Below are positions 26,766-36,112 of a stretch of 40,714 nucleotides of DNA, one piece after another (the first letter of the stretch is position 1; the number at the start of each line of letters is the position of its first letter). The notes beneath the pieces were generated by a model, which did not search any database, was not told where the DNA came from, and was given only the letters and a program-made list of their open reading frames with translations. The position numbers were made by a program, and so were the translations under genes. Location of the stretch: positions 1 to 40,714 of the forward strand of contig MRSU01000092.1 of NCBI GenBank assembly GCA_008369845.1. Direction: 5' to 3'. This stretch comes from Trichomonas gallinae. Lineage: Eukaryota.

Positions 26766-29700
26766 ATGTCTATTATCCTGAATACATGCACAAACATTCA
26801 CGGTGTAGACGGCAAAGAATTTTCATACCCTGAAAGCATCAACGGACAGCAGCTTTTAGAACAAGCCTTGACGAATCTCGGAATTCCTGTTTCGGGACAA
26901 TACCGCGCGCTTGCTTTAAGGAAGGGCTCGACACTCACGTGGATTGATCCGAAGAAGAACATCGTCCACTACCACTTAAAAGACAAATCGAACCTTTATT
27001 TACTTAAGGAAAAACAGCCGCTCAGCGTTGAGACGACATCTGGTGCAAAGAAGAAATTACTACTCGATATTACACAAAAATGCAGCGTTTTGGTTAAGTT
27101 TATTGCTGAGAAATTCAAAATCGAACCAAACGGATATGCTATCTTCACCGTTGATAAGGATGGAGTACAGCATCCAACAGACTTGGACTTAACATTACCA
27201 CAACAATCAACAGAATACGAAAATATCTTCTTCAAGCGTAGATATTATTGCTATCTCAAGAGCCAAGTCCAAGACAAGGCTGGAGCTCTCTTTATTTACA
27301 CTGATGTTAAGTCGCATCTCATGCAGGCCAAGCCAACAGTTACACACGAACAAGGCTTCGAGATGGCTTATTTATCTCTTTATGCAACAGCAAACAGCGC
27401 AGATGAAGTCAAAGCTAATGCATCAGCAGCTGACATTAATTCGCTTTTCCCATATTGCGCGCCAGAAGAAGGAGATTTACAAAAGATTGTTGCTAAAGTT
27501 AACAATGAGCCGCCGCTTTCTCGCGAAGACGCTGTTTCTAAGTATCTGGCAATCGCACATCAGCTGCCAGGATTTGGTTGCGAAACGACAAAAACGAAAT
27601 TTGCTCCAATTGTTGATAAGGTTCGTTCTGATGAACGCCAGGATGGTACAATCACTGTTGGTCCTAAGTCAATCATTGTCAAGAATGCAAATGGCGACGA
27701 ATACATGTCTGCTCCTTGGTTCAGATTTACAAGCTGCAAACTTCACAGCTCAACAGTTGATGTCAAGTATATGGACCGAAAAGGCGCAGAAGCAGAGATT
27801 TCTCTCAAAGTTAAGAAACCATTCGATCTTTACACGTTAATCTCGGGATATTCTTCGATTACTCACGAATTAGGCGCTCAATTGCTTACAGACGGATTCT
27901 TTACAGACAATGAATCCAACGGCGTCAGCACGATTGATCCAGTTGTCTTCCAATTATATATCAAAGAAGATATCAACGGAAATTACACATATTATCCAGG
28001 CACATTGGATGATTTCAAGAAATTATTCGAAGATATCGATGTTATTACACGCTATTATCCAGATATTGGCCGCGAAATGAAAGTTTTATTGGAAAACATC
28101 GAAAAAGGCAGCTACGATGTTTTCTCTACGATCAAGCTCGTCAAATTGGTTCATGGACTCCTTGAAGATCCAACAGCACCAGATCATCTTCGAATTCAAG
28201 TTGTCAAGGCTGCATCCGCAACAATATCAACACTTAACATCATTCCATCCAAGATTGACGGCTTAATCCACGGAATTCAGAACTTAATCGAACACCAAAA
28301 ATTAATTCGCGCGGAAACAATGACAAAGCTTGAAGCAGCTCGCAAGAAGAAACTTACAACATGGCTCGAAATCCTCAACGAGCATTTGATGAAATTCCAA
28401 GAGTTTTCAGGACTTCTCAAGAAATGTCCAGCAAACGGCGAAGTTTTAAGAGCAACATCCAAGCAATTGTTATTCTTAACTGCTGATCTACCACAACTCA
28501 CTAAATTCATCCAATCAATTTCAGATTTAGCTCCAGATAATTCTTATATTACTGCAATTGAGCATTTCAAGCTCAAATTAACTAGAGTTGCTTCTCCGTT
28601 ATTACCAAATCTCCCAGATTCAGCCATTCCTCACATCAAAGCTTTACATGTCGCATTATTCTATACAGCAGTTTCAATCGCTTTAATTCACAGAAGCCTC
28701 AAGGAGCCATCCATAGCCAACAACTCAGAGTTACTCGAAACAATTACAAAGTCAACAGATGCAATTCACGCGAATTTCTGCTTAGCGAACGTGCAGAGAC
28801 TGGATTTGAACCGCAGACCATTCTCATTGATCATTATTCCTAAGATTGTTGACTTTTTGACAGAACTCAAGAATTCATTATTCATTGCTAAGCCACATGT
28901 TGATATGGTCGCTGAAATTTCTGGCATGCAAGTGTATTCACAGGGCTTAACATATGCTACAACACAAATTGACAATGCATTGAGTGAATTTTCGAAATTG
29001 AATATCAATCCATATAGAATCATCCCTTCACAAGACGTGATCCAGAGCACTGTTGACATGCTCGAAGAGATATCAACTAAACTCAATGAAGCCTGCAAAT
29101 CTACTGATGCAAACCCAGATTTCTTGTTCAAGCTCAATAACACAACACAATCATTGTCAAATATCGCATTGACATTGAAAGTTACACAAATAACAAGAGG
29201 AACAATTGGTACAATTGCTAAAATCAACGATCAGACGAAATGGTTATTACAGAATCTCCAAGAAATCACAAGAATCCTTGGCAATGCCTCAATCATCCAT
29301 CACATCAACAAGCTTCTCAACCATTGCGATGGAATTCTTTCCCTTCACTCTCCAACATTCGATGAATATGTTGCATTACTCAAAGAAGTTGGCGAATTGG
29401 CCAATACTTTGAATGTAACTGAAGTTCTTACTGAAGTAGAGAGAATAGAGAAGTCACACAACTTCGATCTCCACACAACATCGCTTTACAAGATTTTAAC
29501 ATGGGCGAAAGAAGTCGCAAACTACAACAACCCAGGCCAGGACGTCTTGAGGCTCGCAAACACTGTCTTGCAGACAACAGACTGCGGCTGGCAGGTCCCT
29601 CTTAATGACAAGTATCCAGTTCAGCCATTAATCTTGTTCCCATTCTTCCAAGGCAAAGATCCAATGAGGATGACGACAGAACTCATCCAGCAGATATCAG

Positions 29701-32700
29701 ACTTCCAGAGATATTTGACAGATTTCCACACAGTTCCTTTGATCAACGAGAACAAGATATTGGATGATGATGTTGAACATTGGGTGAAGTTCTTCAAGTT
29801 AATGACAAGTGTTGTCGAAAACGCACAAGCACACGAGCATCAGTTAATCAAGCGCCTTAAAGAAATTATCCGCAAATCACCACAATTCAAGTTATTTGCT
29901 CACAATGTTATTTCTTATCTATCAGAGAACAAGTTCCTCGAAATGATCGATGTTTTCTTCTCCAACTGCGAATTGATTATAACGAAACTCAAGCAGCCAC
30001 ATATCGGAAAGACAGCAGCAGCGAGATTCTCAGAGAAAATCGCTCCACTCCTCAACTTGGCAGAAGTCGCAATCTCAAGAATTCTCACTTCAGGACAAGA
30101 AATCAACAAAGATTTGGCAGATAAGCTCAAATCACTCAAACAGTTGATTTCACATAAGATGTCGGACGCTCAGTCATCAGACACAAACAAGCAGCAAGAA
30201 TTAGCTGACGAACTCTATACATTATTGACGCAAATCGTCCCTGAAGCAAGGAGAAATCCAGAACTGACAGAATTATCAACACAACTCAGCCATCTCAAGG
30301 CGCAAATCTCTGATTACACAGCGTCAGGATTGATGAAGAGCGGCACTTCAGGAAACATGTCATCTTCCGCATTCTTTGCTCCAACAATCGACTCAGATGA
30401 ACTCGATGACATTTTGAAGAAGTTCATGAGCAACCAGACAGACATCAAACAGTTACAAGACACTTACAGCATGCTTACAAGTGAAGGAGAGTTCGCTGAT
30501 CAGGCAGGAACTTACACAGCAAATGTTTTGACAAAGATCCAGATCAAGAACAAGATTAACGAAGCTATCAGACTGCTTATCTACACACAAGACAACGAAC
30601 AACAGAAGACAGAGCAGCTCAAGAACTTGAACTTGCACTTGTTCCAGTTGATGGCCAACAGGATCAAGGAAATCGCAGAGATTGCTAAGAACGTTGACGT
30701 CAATCGTTGGTCAACCAAATCCAGGTTCTATATGACTCTTTTGAATAATATTTTGAAGGGTCTTGACACAGATATCTTGACTCAGCATCCATCACTGAAT
30801 TCTTTATCCCTGATTTTCAGCCCTCTCAGAGAGTTCAGGAACTTGTTGTCGTTGATGCAGACAGTAGATATCGATGACGAAATCAAATGCTACTCTGAAG
30901 ATTTCGTTGTCTTGGCAGATAACGCTGACATTGCAATCAAACTCTACTTCTTCCATCACTGCGAGAACATTATCAAGCATCTCAGGGCAGTCGGCGAAAT
31001 GAACGAAAAAGCCAGTCAGTTGGCAGAGAAGTTCAAACCAGCCGAACAAATCCTCAAGGACGAGTCAATCATCTTGAGAAACGACTGGGTCAATTTGTCA
31101 GTATTAGCTGCTGGATTGATCGAGCACGAAGAAGAGCTCGAACAAGTCATTAAAGAAGCAGAAAACGACCACAACTTGCAGAGACTTCAAAGCGATTTAA
31201 GATCAATTAGCGAGATCAGATTCATTATCAAGAACTGGGCAAATATGACACGTAATTTCGATGAAACAGATTTCAGAGTCAACATTTTGTCTAACTTGGC
31301 ATTGATCAAAGCTCAAACAAAGAAGATCGAATCAACATTGGGTGATGATGTCATGTCTGTTCCATATGTTACATCACTTCCTATCAGTTATATTTCCGCC
31401 ATTTTGGAGGAAATCAAATTCGCTGGCGAACAATTCAGCGAGCAAAAGGAGTTAACAGATAAGATCCAGAGTTTGTACGATAACATCAGCAAGGATGTCG
31501 TTCAGCTTTATTCAGCTGATGATGCTTATCTTGCCGATCTTGACTTACAGCAGTCAATTCCAGAGCTGTTCTCGAATTTGACAAAGTTACAAGAAGTTGT
31601 CGAAGAATTCAAGAAACCAGACTATTCTTTGGTTCCTACTCTCACACTCAAGGAGATTCCACATAGATTGGATGTCATCAAAGTCAGCGTCGAGAAGACA
31701 GAGTTCGCTAAGTATGCTGCTGATGTTTGCGAGTCTGTCAGGAATGAAATCGAAACACTCGACTGCAACAACGAAGAAAATATCATCAAGATGCGCAAAC
31801 TTGTCAGTAACGTCGAACAAATCCCATCTGTTACATTCACACCATTGGCTGATGCTAAGAAGGAGCTTCACACATTGATCGATCAAGTTGTTGTTGGGGG
31901 CGAATCTCTCGAGACTGCCTTCCCAAGATTCGTCGCTGTTTTGGTCAAAGTCATGCCAAACATTCCAGAACACACAGCACAGAAGCTTGATGTATGCCCA
32001 GAGAAGTTTGTCGTCAACCAGACAACAGCGGTCAACTCTTCCAAGCTCCTCAAGGACTACATCAACTTCATGGAGAGCGACTCAGAGACTATCAAGAACA
32101 TGATCACTCAGTCCACAGTCAAGATCATCGATGCTTTGGATACAGAGAACGCAACAGAGATCCACAAGACAATGCAGGAGTTCATCGCATTGAACTGCGC
32201 TGTCATCGACAGAAACGAGAAGAGCGACTTGCTTTCAGGCATCATCGACAACTTCTCAACATTCCAGGATGGCGTTGAATCAGCTGTCAACTCCCAGACA
32301 GACAAACTCGACGAGAAGACAACAGATGCTGTCTATGAGATGAAGAGGAAGTTCATCCAGATGATCACTGGCGCATCAATGGAGCTCGCAGAGACAATCC
32401 AAAAATCAGAAAACATCGACAGTATTTTGGATATCAGAAACCTCAACACCTTGTCAGCAAGAGCATTGGTTGGCCAAATCAATCCAAGCAAGGCAGAATC
32501 AAGAAAGCACTTGTTGTTCGTTGCATCAAACATGCAGCTTCTCTCTCAGCGTGGTTTGGAAGTTTCACAAGCTACACCATTGACATTCTACCGCGAATAC
32601 GTTTCATTGTTCGACCAGTCATTGTTGACATTGAAGACAATTCTCGGCGACAACGCACAAGAGCAGCACAAAGGTCTTAGAATATTCAAGCGTGTCGTCG

Positions 32701-34232
32701 ATAATATTGGCGACTTGAATGATGATATCTCATTAGAGATTTCATCATCACAGTTGTCACCTTTCGAGGAACACATCAGACAATTGTTCAGATCATGCAC
32801 AGAAATAGAAGCAGCGATCGCCATGATCAACGCAGCATATGCCACAGCCAAGATCCCACAGTCATTTACACTTATTCTCAACGAACAGTCACCACGTGTC
32901 AAAGATTTATTGGTACAAATGAAGGAGCGCGCAGATACATTATTGAAGGTCAACACATTCGTCGAGATCAACGAGTCATTCAACATCCAGCTCAATGATG
33001 TTGCAACTGAAGTTGAGAACTTGTTGAAGGTTGAACCAAATGTTGAAATCACTGACTTGGTTTCATTGGAGAGAAAGATTTCATCAGGCATCGAAGTCAT
33101 CGCGTCGACAGCGTTGCAGATGACAGATGAGATCAAGCTCAAGTACGATCCAGACAACTCAGCACGTTTGCCGAACAAGTTCGCATTGCCAGGATTCCCA
33201 GACCTCGCAGAAGAGGACAAGATCAAGACAGTCAGAGAGGAAATCCTCGAATCGAAGGAAAAGATCGACGCTGCACACGAAATCCTCAGCAATCTCGCTG
33301 AACAGACGAACCCAGACCACACCAAACTCGCAGACGTAACATTGGATATGGAGGCAAACATCGAGAAGTTTATTGTCTCCACATTCAAATTATCAATGTT
33401 GTCATCAAACATCCAGATGCAGTCCAACCTCACATCATCTGCTTCTAGATTGGCTGCTCTCGGAAATGCTGTCAATCACAGCGCAAGATCTTTGTTCTTA
33501 GCCATGCCAACATGGAACAACAACGTTCATAACGATTTGACAGGAATCATCACAGAAACCAACATAGTTATCAGCCTCGCAGACAAAGCTCTTGAAAACG
33601 CAGAAGTTGAAGAGCAGAAGCGCGAAGCCAGGAAGGCTAAGTTCTTCGATGCACTCAAACCAATCCAAGATGCATCGCAGAAAGCTAAGGATGCTATCCA
33701 AGCACTCGAAGGCCACAACGATGAAATGTTCAAAGCAATGGCGACGAACATGTTGAACATTGCACTCGCTGGATGCCACGTTGTCTCAACAGTCTTATTG
33801 AAGGCAAAGGACAACGAATCAACGACGACATCTCCAGACCAGATGTGCGAGATGGCACAGAAGGTCGCCGATGCAGTCTTCAAAGCCGCTGAGGCAGCAG
33901 ACACACAGTCTATTGTCGATGTCACTAATCCATTCTCCGAGGCTATGGAAGAATTCAAGGGAACAATCGCAGCAAACAACTCTGCTACACAGAACATGAG
34001 CAGCTCAATCGTCCAAGTCTCAGAAGGTGCCAGAACACTTCATTCCACAATCAAGCGTGCAATGTCAACCGCAAACACAACGAAGAAGGTTGCCGCACAG
34101 ATGAAGACTCCAGAAGAACGCGCGAAGATGCAGGAGCAGCTTATGACGCGCTTGGAGCTCGAATCTGCTGTTCACCGTAACAGATGGTGGTACGAACACT
34201 CAGAGAATATTCTCGCAAGTTTCGAAGCTTGA
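26766..34232 (+). CDS. Talin-like protein: F0-F3 FERM head, long helical-bundle rod, C-terminal I/LWEQ-like dimerisation helix
   Basis: WIDPKKNIVHYHLKDKSNLYLLKEKQPLSV resembles the talin F0/F1 junction, LDLTLPQQ..FFKRRYY the F1 end, and KYLAIAHQLPGFG the F2 end. There are ~2100 aa of amphipathic helices, a RLELESAV tail, and a talin-like length of 2488 aa. Confidence 0.8.
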   Translation: MSIILNTCTNIHGVDGKEFSYPESINGQQLLEQALTNLGIPVSGQYRALALRKGSTLTWIDPKKNIVHYHLKDKSNLYLLKEKQPLSVETTSGAKKKLLLDITQKCSVLVKFIAEKFKIEPNGYAIFTVDKDGVQHPTDLDLTLPQQSTEYENIFFKRRYYCYLKSQVQDKAGALFIYTDVKSHLMQAKPTVTHEQGFEMAYLSLYATANSADEVKANASAADINSLFPYCAPEEGDLQKIVAKVNNEPPLSREDAVSKYLAIAHQLPGFGCETTKTKFAPIVDKVRSDERQDGTITVGPKSIIVKNANGDEYMSAPWFRFTSCKLHSSTVDVKYMDRKGAEAEISLKVKKPFDLYTLISGYSSITHELGAQLLTDGFFTDNESNGVSTIDPVVFQLYIKEDINGNYTYYPGTLDDFKKLFEDIDVITRYYPDIGREMKVLLENIEKGSYDVFSTIKLVKLVHGLLEDPTAPDHLRIQVVKAASATISTLNIIPSKIDGLIHGIQNLIEHQKLIRAETMTKLEAARKKKLTTWLEILNEHLMKFQEFSGLLKKCPANGEVLRATSKQLLFLTADLPQLTKFIQSISDLAPDNSYITAIEHFKLKLTRVASPLLPNLPDSAIPHIKALHVALFYTAVSIALIHRSLKEPSIANNSELLETITKSTDAIHANFCLANVQRLDLNRRPFSLIIIPKIVDFLTELKNSLFIAKPHVDMVAEISGMQVYSQGLTYATTQIDNALSEFSKLNINPYRIIPSQDVIQSTVDMLEEISTKLNEACKSTDANPDFLFKLNNTTQSLSNIALTLKVTQITRGTIGTIAKINDQTKWLLQNLQEITRILGNASIIHHINKLLNHCDGILSLHSPTFDEYVALLKEVGELANTLNVTEVLTEVERIEKSHNFDLHTTSLYKILTWAKEVANYNNPGQDVLRLANTVLQTTDCGWQVPLNDKYPVQPLILFPFFQGKDPMRMTTELIQQISDFQRYLTDFHTVPLINENKILDDDVEHWVKFFKLMTSVVENAQAHEHQLIKRLKEIIRKSPQFKLFAHNVISYLSENKFLEMIDVFFSNCELIITKLKQPHIGKTAAARFSEKIAPLLNLAEVAISRILTSGQEINKDLADKLKSLKQLISHKMSDAQSSDTNKQQELADELYTLLTQIVPEARRNPELTELSTQLSHLKAQISDYTASGLMKSGTSGNMSSSAFFAPTIDSDELDDILKKFMSNQTDIKQLQDTYSMLTSEGEFADQAGTYTANVLTKIQIKNKINEAIRLLIYTQDNEQQKTEQLKNLNLHLFQLMANRIKEIAEIAKNVDVNRWSTKSRFYMTLLNNILKGLDTDILTQHPSLNSLSLIFSPLREFRNLLSLMQTVDIDDEIKCYSEDFVVLADNADIAIKLYFFHHCENIIKHLRAVGEMNEKASQLAEKFKPAEQILKDESIILRNDWVNLSVLAAGLIEHEEELEQVIKEAENDHNLQRLQSDLRSISEIRFIIKNWANMTRNFDETDFRVNILSNLALIKAQTKKIESTLGDDVMSVPYVTSLPISYISAILEEIKFAGEQFSEQKELTDKIQSLYDNISKDVVQLYSADDAYLADLDLQQSIPELFSNLTKLQEVVEEFKKPDYSLVPTLTLKEIPHRLDVIKVSVEKTEFAKYAADVCESVRNEIETLDCNNEENIIKMRKLVSNVEQIPSVTFTPLADAKKELHTLIDQVVVGGESLETAFPRFVAVLVKVMPNIPEHTAQKLDVCPEKFVVNQTTAVNSSKLLKDYINFMESDSETIKNMITQSTVKIIDALDTENATEIHKTMQEFIALNCAVIDRNEKSDLLSGIIDNFSTFQDGVESAVNSQTDKLDEKTTDAVYEMKRKFIQMITGASMELAETIQKSENIDSILDIRNLNTLSARALVGQINPSKAESRKHLLFVASNMQLLSQRGLEVSQATPLTFYREYVSLFDQSLLTLKTILGDNAQEQHKGLRIFKRVVDNIGDLNDDISLEISSSQLSPFEEHIRQLFRSCTEIEAAIAMINAAYATAKIPQSFTLILNEQSPRVKDLLVQMKERADTLLKVNTFVEINESFNIQLNDVATEVENLLKVEPNVEITDLVSLERKISSGIEVIASTALQMTDEIKLKYDPDNSARLPNKFALPGFPDLAEEDKIKTVREEILESKEKIDAAHEILSNLAEQTNPDHTKLADVTLDMEANIEKFIVSTFKLSMLSSNIQMQSNLTSSASRLAALGNAVNHSARSLFLAMPTWNNNVHNDLTGIITETNIVISLADKALENAEVEEQKREARKAKFFDALKPIQDASQKAKDAIQALEGHNDEMFKAMATNMLNIALAGCHVVSTVLLKAKDNESTTTSPDQMCEMAQKVADAVFKAAEAADTQSIVDVTNPFSEAMEEFKGTIAANNSATQNMSSSIVQVSEGARTLHSTIKRAMSTANTTKKVAAQMKTPEERAKMQEQLMTRLELESAVHRNRWWYEHSENILASFEA

Positions 34233-34754
34233 AATATTTTCGAGTAAACGAATCATTTTTTATTATGATTGAATATTTCTGATATTTATACTCGGAACGA
34301 TCAATGAAAACACAAACTGAAAATAAGAATTGGATGTCTATATTGCGCCTCTTTGTAACTTTTCGCGCCTTTTTAGATCCTCCATTTTCCGATGAGAAAG
34401 AGTTTAAAAATAAAGATTCAGATATCAAATATGTCTTGAAAGCATAGATTTTAATAGATCCATCTGGGTGTAAATCGATAAATGAAGCCAAAAAACATAG
34501 CAATTGTCCCTATCAATGATTTGAAATTTTTGATTTTTTGTGTATTGATTAAATTTAACATCATTGCCAACAAAATGGTTCCAAGCGCAGTCATCATTGT
34601 GAAGAGGAAGAAATTTGTCTACAAAAATAAAGCATTATGGCCAAGATTCGAGATTTAGGAATTTATTCTTCATTTTGAACAATTCTTTGTTGAAAAATCA
34701 CACATAGCCTGAATATTGCTATATTTCCAAATTATAGGCAGGGTTCACAATATT

Positions 34755-35118
34755 TTTGACTCGTAAAATTTTTATTTGTCATTTTTTATTTGTAAAATCA
34801 TTATTTTGTCTCGTAAATAATTTAGCGTTTTTTGACGTGTAAATTTTTGTTTGTCAATTTTATCGTCATATAAAATAAAATTGTGCGTTTTTTTCATTTT
34901 TTATCAGCGAATGAGCAATTTCAATCAGCACGTCAAAAGACAGGTGGGATTGCCTTAAAATATCTGTAATATCCTGCAAATATAGGGCACCTCTTTTTAA
35001 TTTTTGTTAGTTTCTACACTAATACGACCACCATTATGTATTTTTTTTTCGTATTTTGACAAGTAAATTTGATATTTGTCAATTTTCATTTTGCCATGTA
35101 AAGAATTTTATTTGTCAA
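34755..35118 (+). promoter_or_regulatory. Clusters of paired TTTGNCNNGTAAA-N6-8-TTTGTCA motifs
   Basis: TG core pairs at 34757/34777, 34833/34852, 35057/35077 and 35092/35113, plus a single at 34807. Confidence 0.7.
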
Positions 35119-35298
35119 TATTTTTATCACAGCATAATGACCCGATGGAAATTGTTCAAAAGACGAAAAAACAGTTATATGGGGCACAAAGAGGTGTAAA
35201 ACACGAGAAATAGACAGGCAATTTTTTCTTTACATTTTGTAAATTTCCATGTAAACTAACTGAATTCTGTTATATACTTCGAAAAAAAAAAATTAATT

Positions 35299-35991
35299 AT
35301 GGAGAACTCTGAACAGATCATCGGCCTTTATTACCACGCTATTGCCGAAAAGCTTTCGGAGAATTACATATCGAATAAGAAGTTTAGAAGGCCTATGGAC
35401 GCCGAAGCCTATAGAATCGCAAATGAATACGCGATTGAGTACCTAGGCAACCATAGCATGGACATCACAGAAGAATTAGCGAAAGAAGAGTCAAATCAAT
35501 ACATATTAGAACGCCATACTCCAACATGGCTCGCTAGAAAATTGAAATTAGTTCCTAACGAGCCACTATTCCCACAATTAATCCAAGCATTAGGAAAAGA
35601 TCAACCAGCAACAGTTTCGAACACTTACTCTGACACAGAAGATCAGCAGCAAGAAATTAGATCGCGTGGCATAATTGAAAACGCACTTCCAAAGATTCCT
35701 GATGCCGTCAAAGGTAAGCAGATCGGCCGTAGAAACCTAATGTCAGATGATGAGGATGTGTTTACAGGAGTTATGAATACGACATACGTAGATGAGAATA
35801 ATAATCCAGATGTGCCAGAGAAAAAGCACCACCATAATTCAGTATTTACTGCGCTTGATGAACAAGAGCAGATTACTAACAAACCAAATAGGTTATATCA
35901 AGGAAAACAAAAGAATACTAAGAAACTTGCACCTCCTCCAAGAGATTTTAGAGCTCATTTGAATACAGACACAGTTATTGATACTCAATAA
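35299..35991 (+). CDS. Hypothetical protein with N-terminal LisH-like motif and disordered tail
   Basis: YAIEYLGNHSMDITEELAKEES..WLARKLKL..PLFPQLI parallels the 14705-15136 protein. Confidence 0.75.
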   Translation: MENSEQIIGLYYHAIAEKLSENYISNKKFRRPMDAEAYRIANEYAIEYLGNHSMDITEELAKEESNQYILERHTPTWLARKLKLVPNEPLFPQLIQALGKDQPATVSNTYSDTEDQQQEIRSRGIIENALPKIPDAVKGKQIGRRNLMSDDEDVFTGVMNTTYVDENNNPDVPEKKHHHNSVFTALDEQEQITNKPNRLYQGKQKNTKKLAPPPRDFRAHLNTDTVIDTQ

Positions 35992-36112
35992 ATTTTTATT
36001 TTATATTTGCTATAATAAATCAAATCTATTTAATAAATGAAATGTTGAGGAGTTTCTGGTTAATAATATATTCCGCTTTATTTGATTAACAAAAGAAAAA
36101 TAATATCAAAAA

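Noticed and set aside
32588..33997. Long antisense ORFs (295 aa, 156 aa) inside the talin-like gene
   Set aside because: Expected from low use of TTA/CTA/TCA codons on the sense strand, and the translations mirror the sense frame.
34141..34503. 120-aa minus ORF overlapping the talin-like 3' end
   Set aside because: TTG start, no recognisable domain, more likely part of a decayed remnant.
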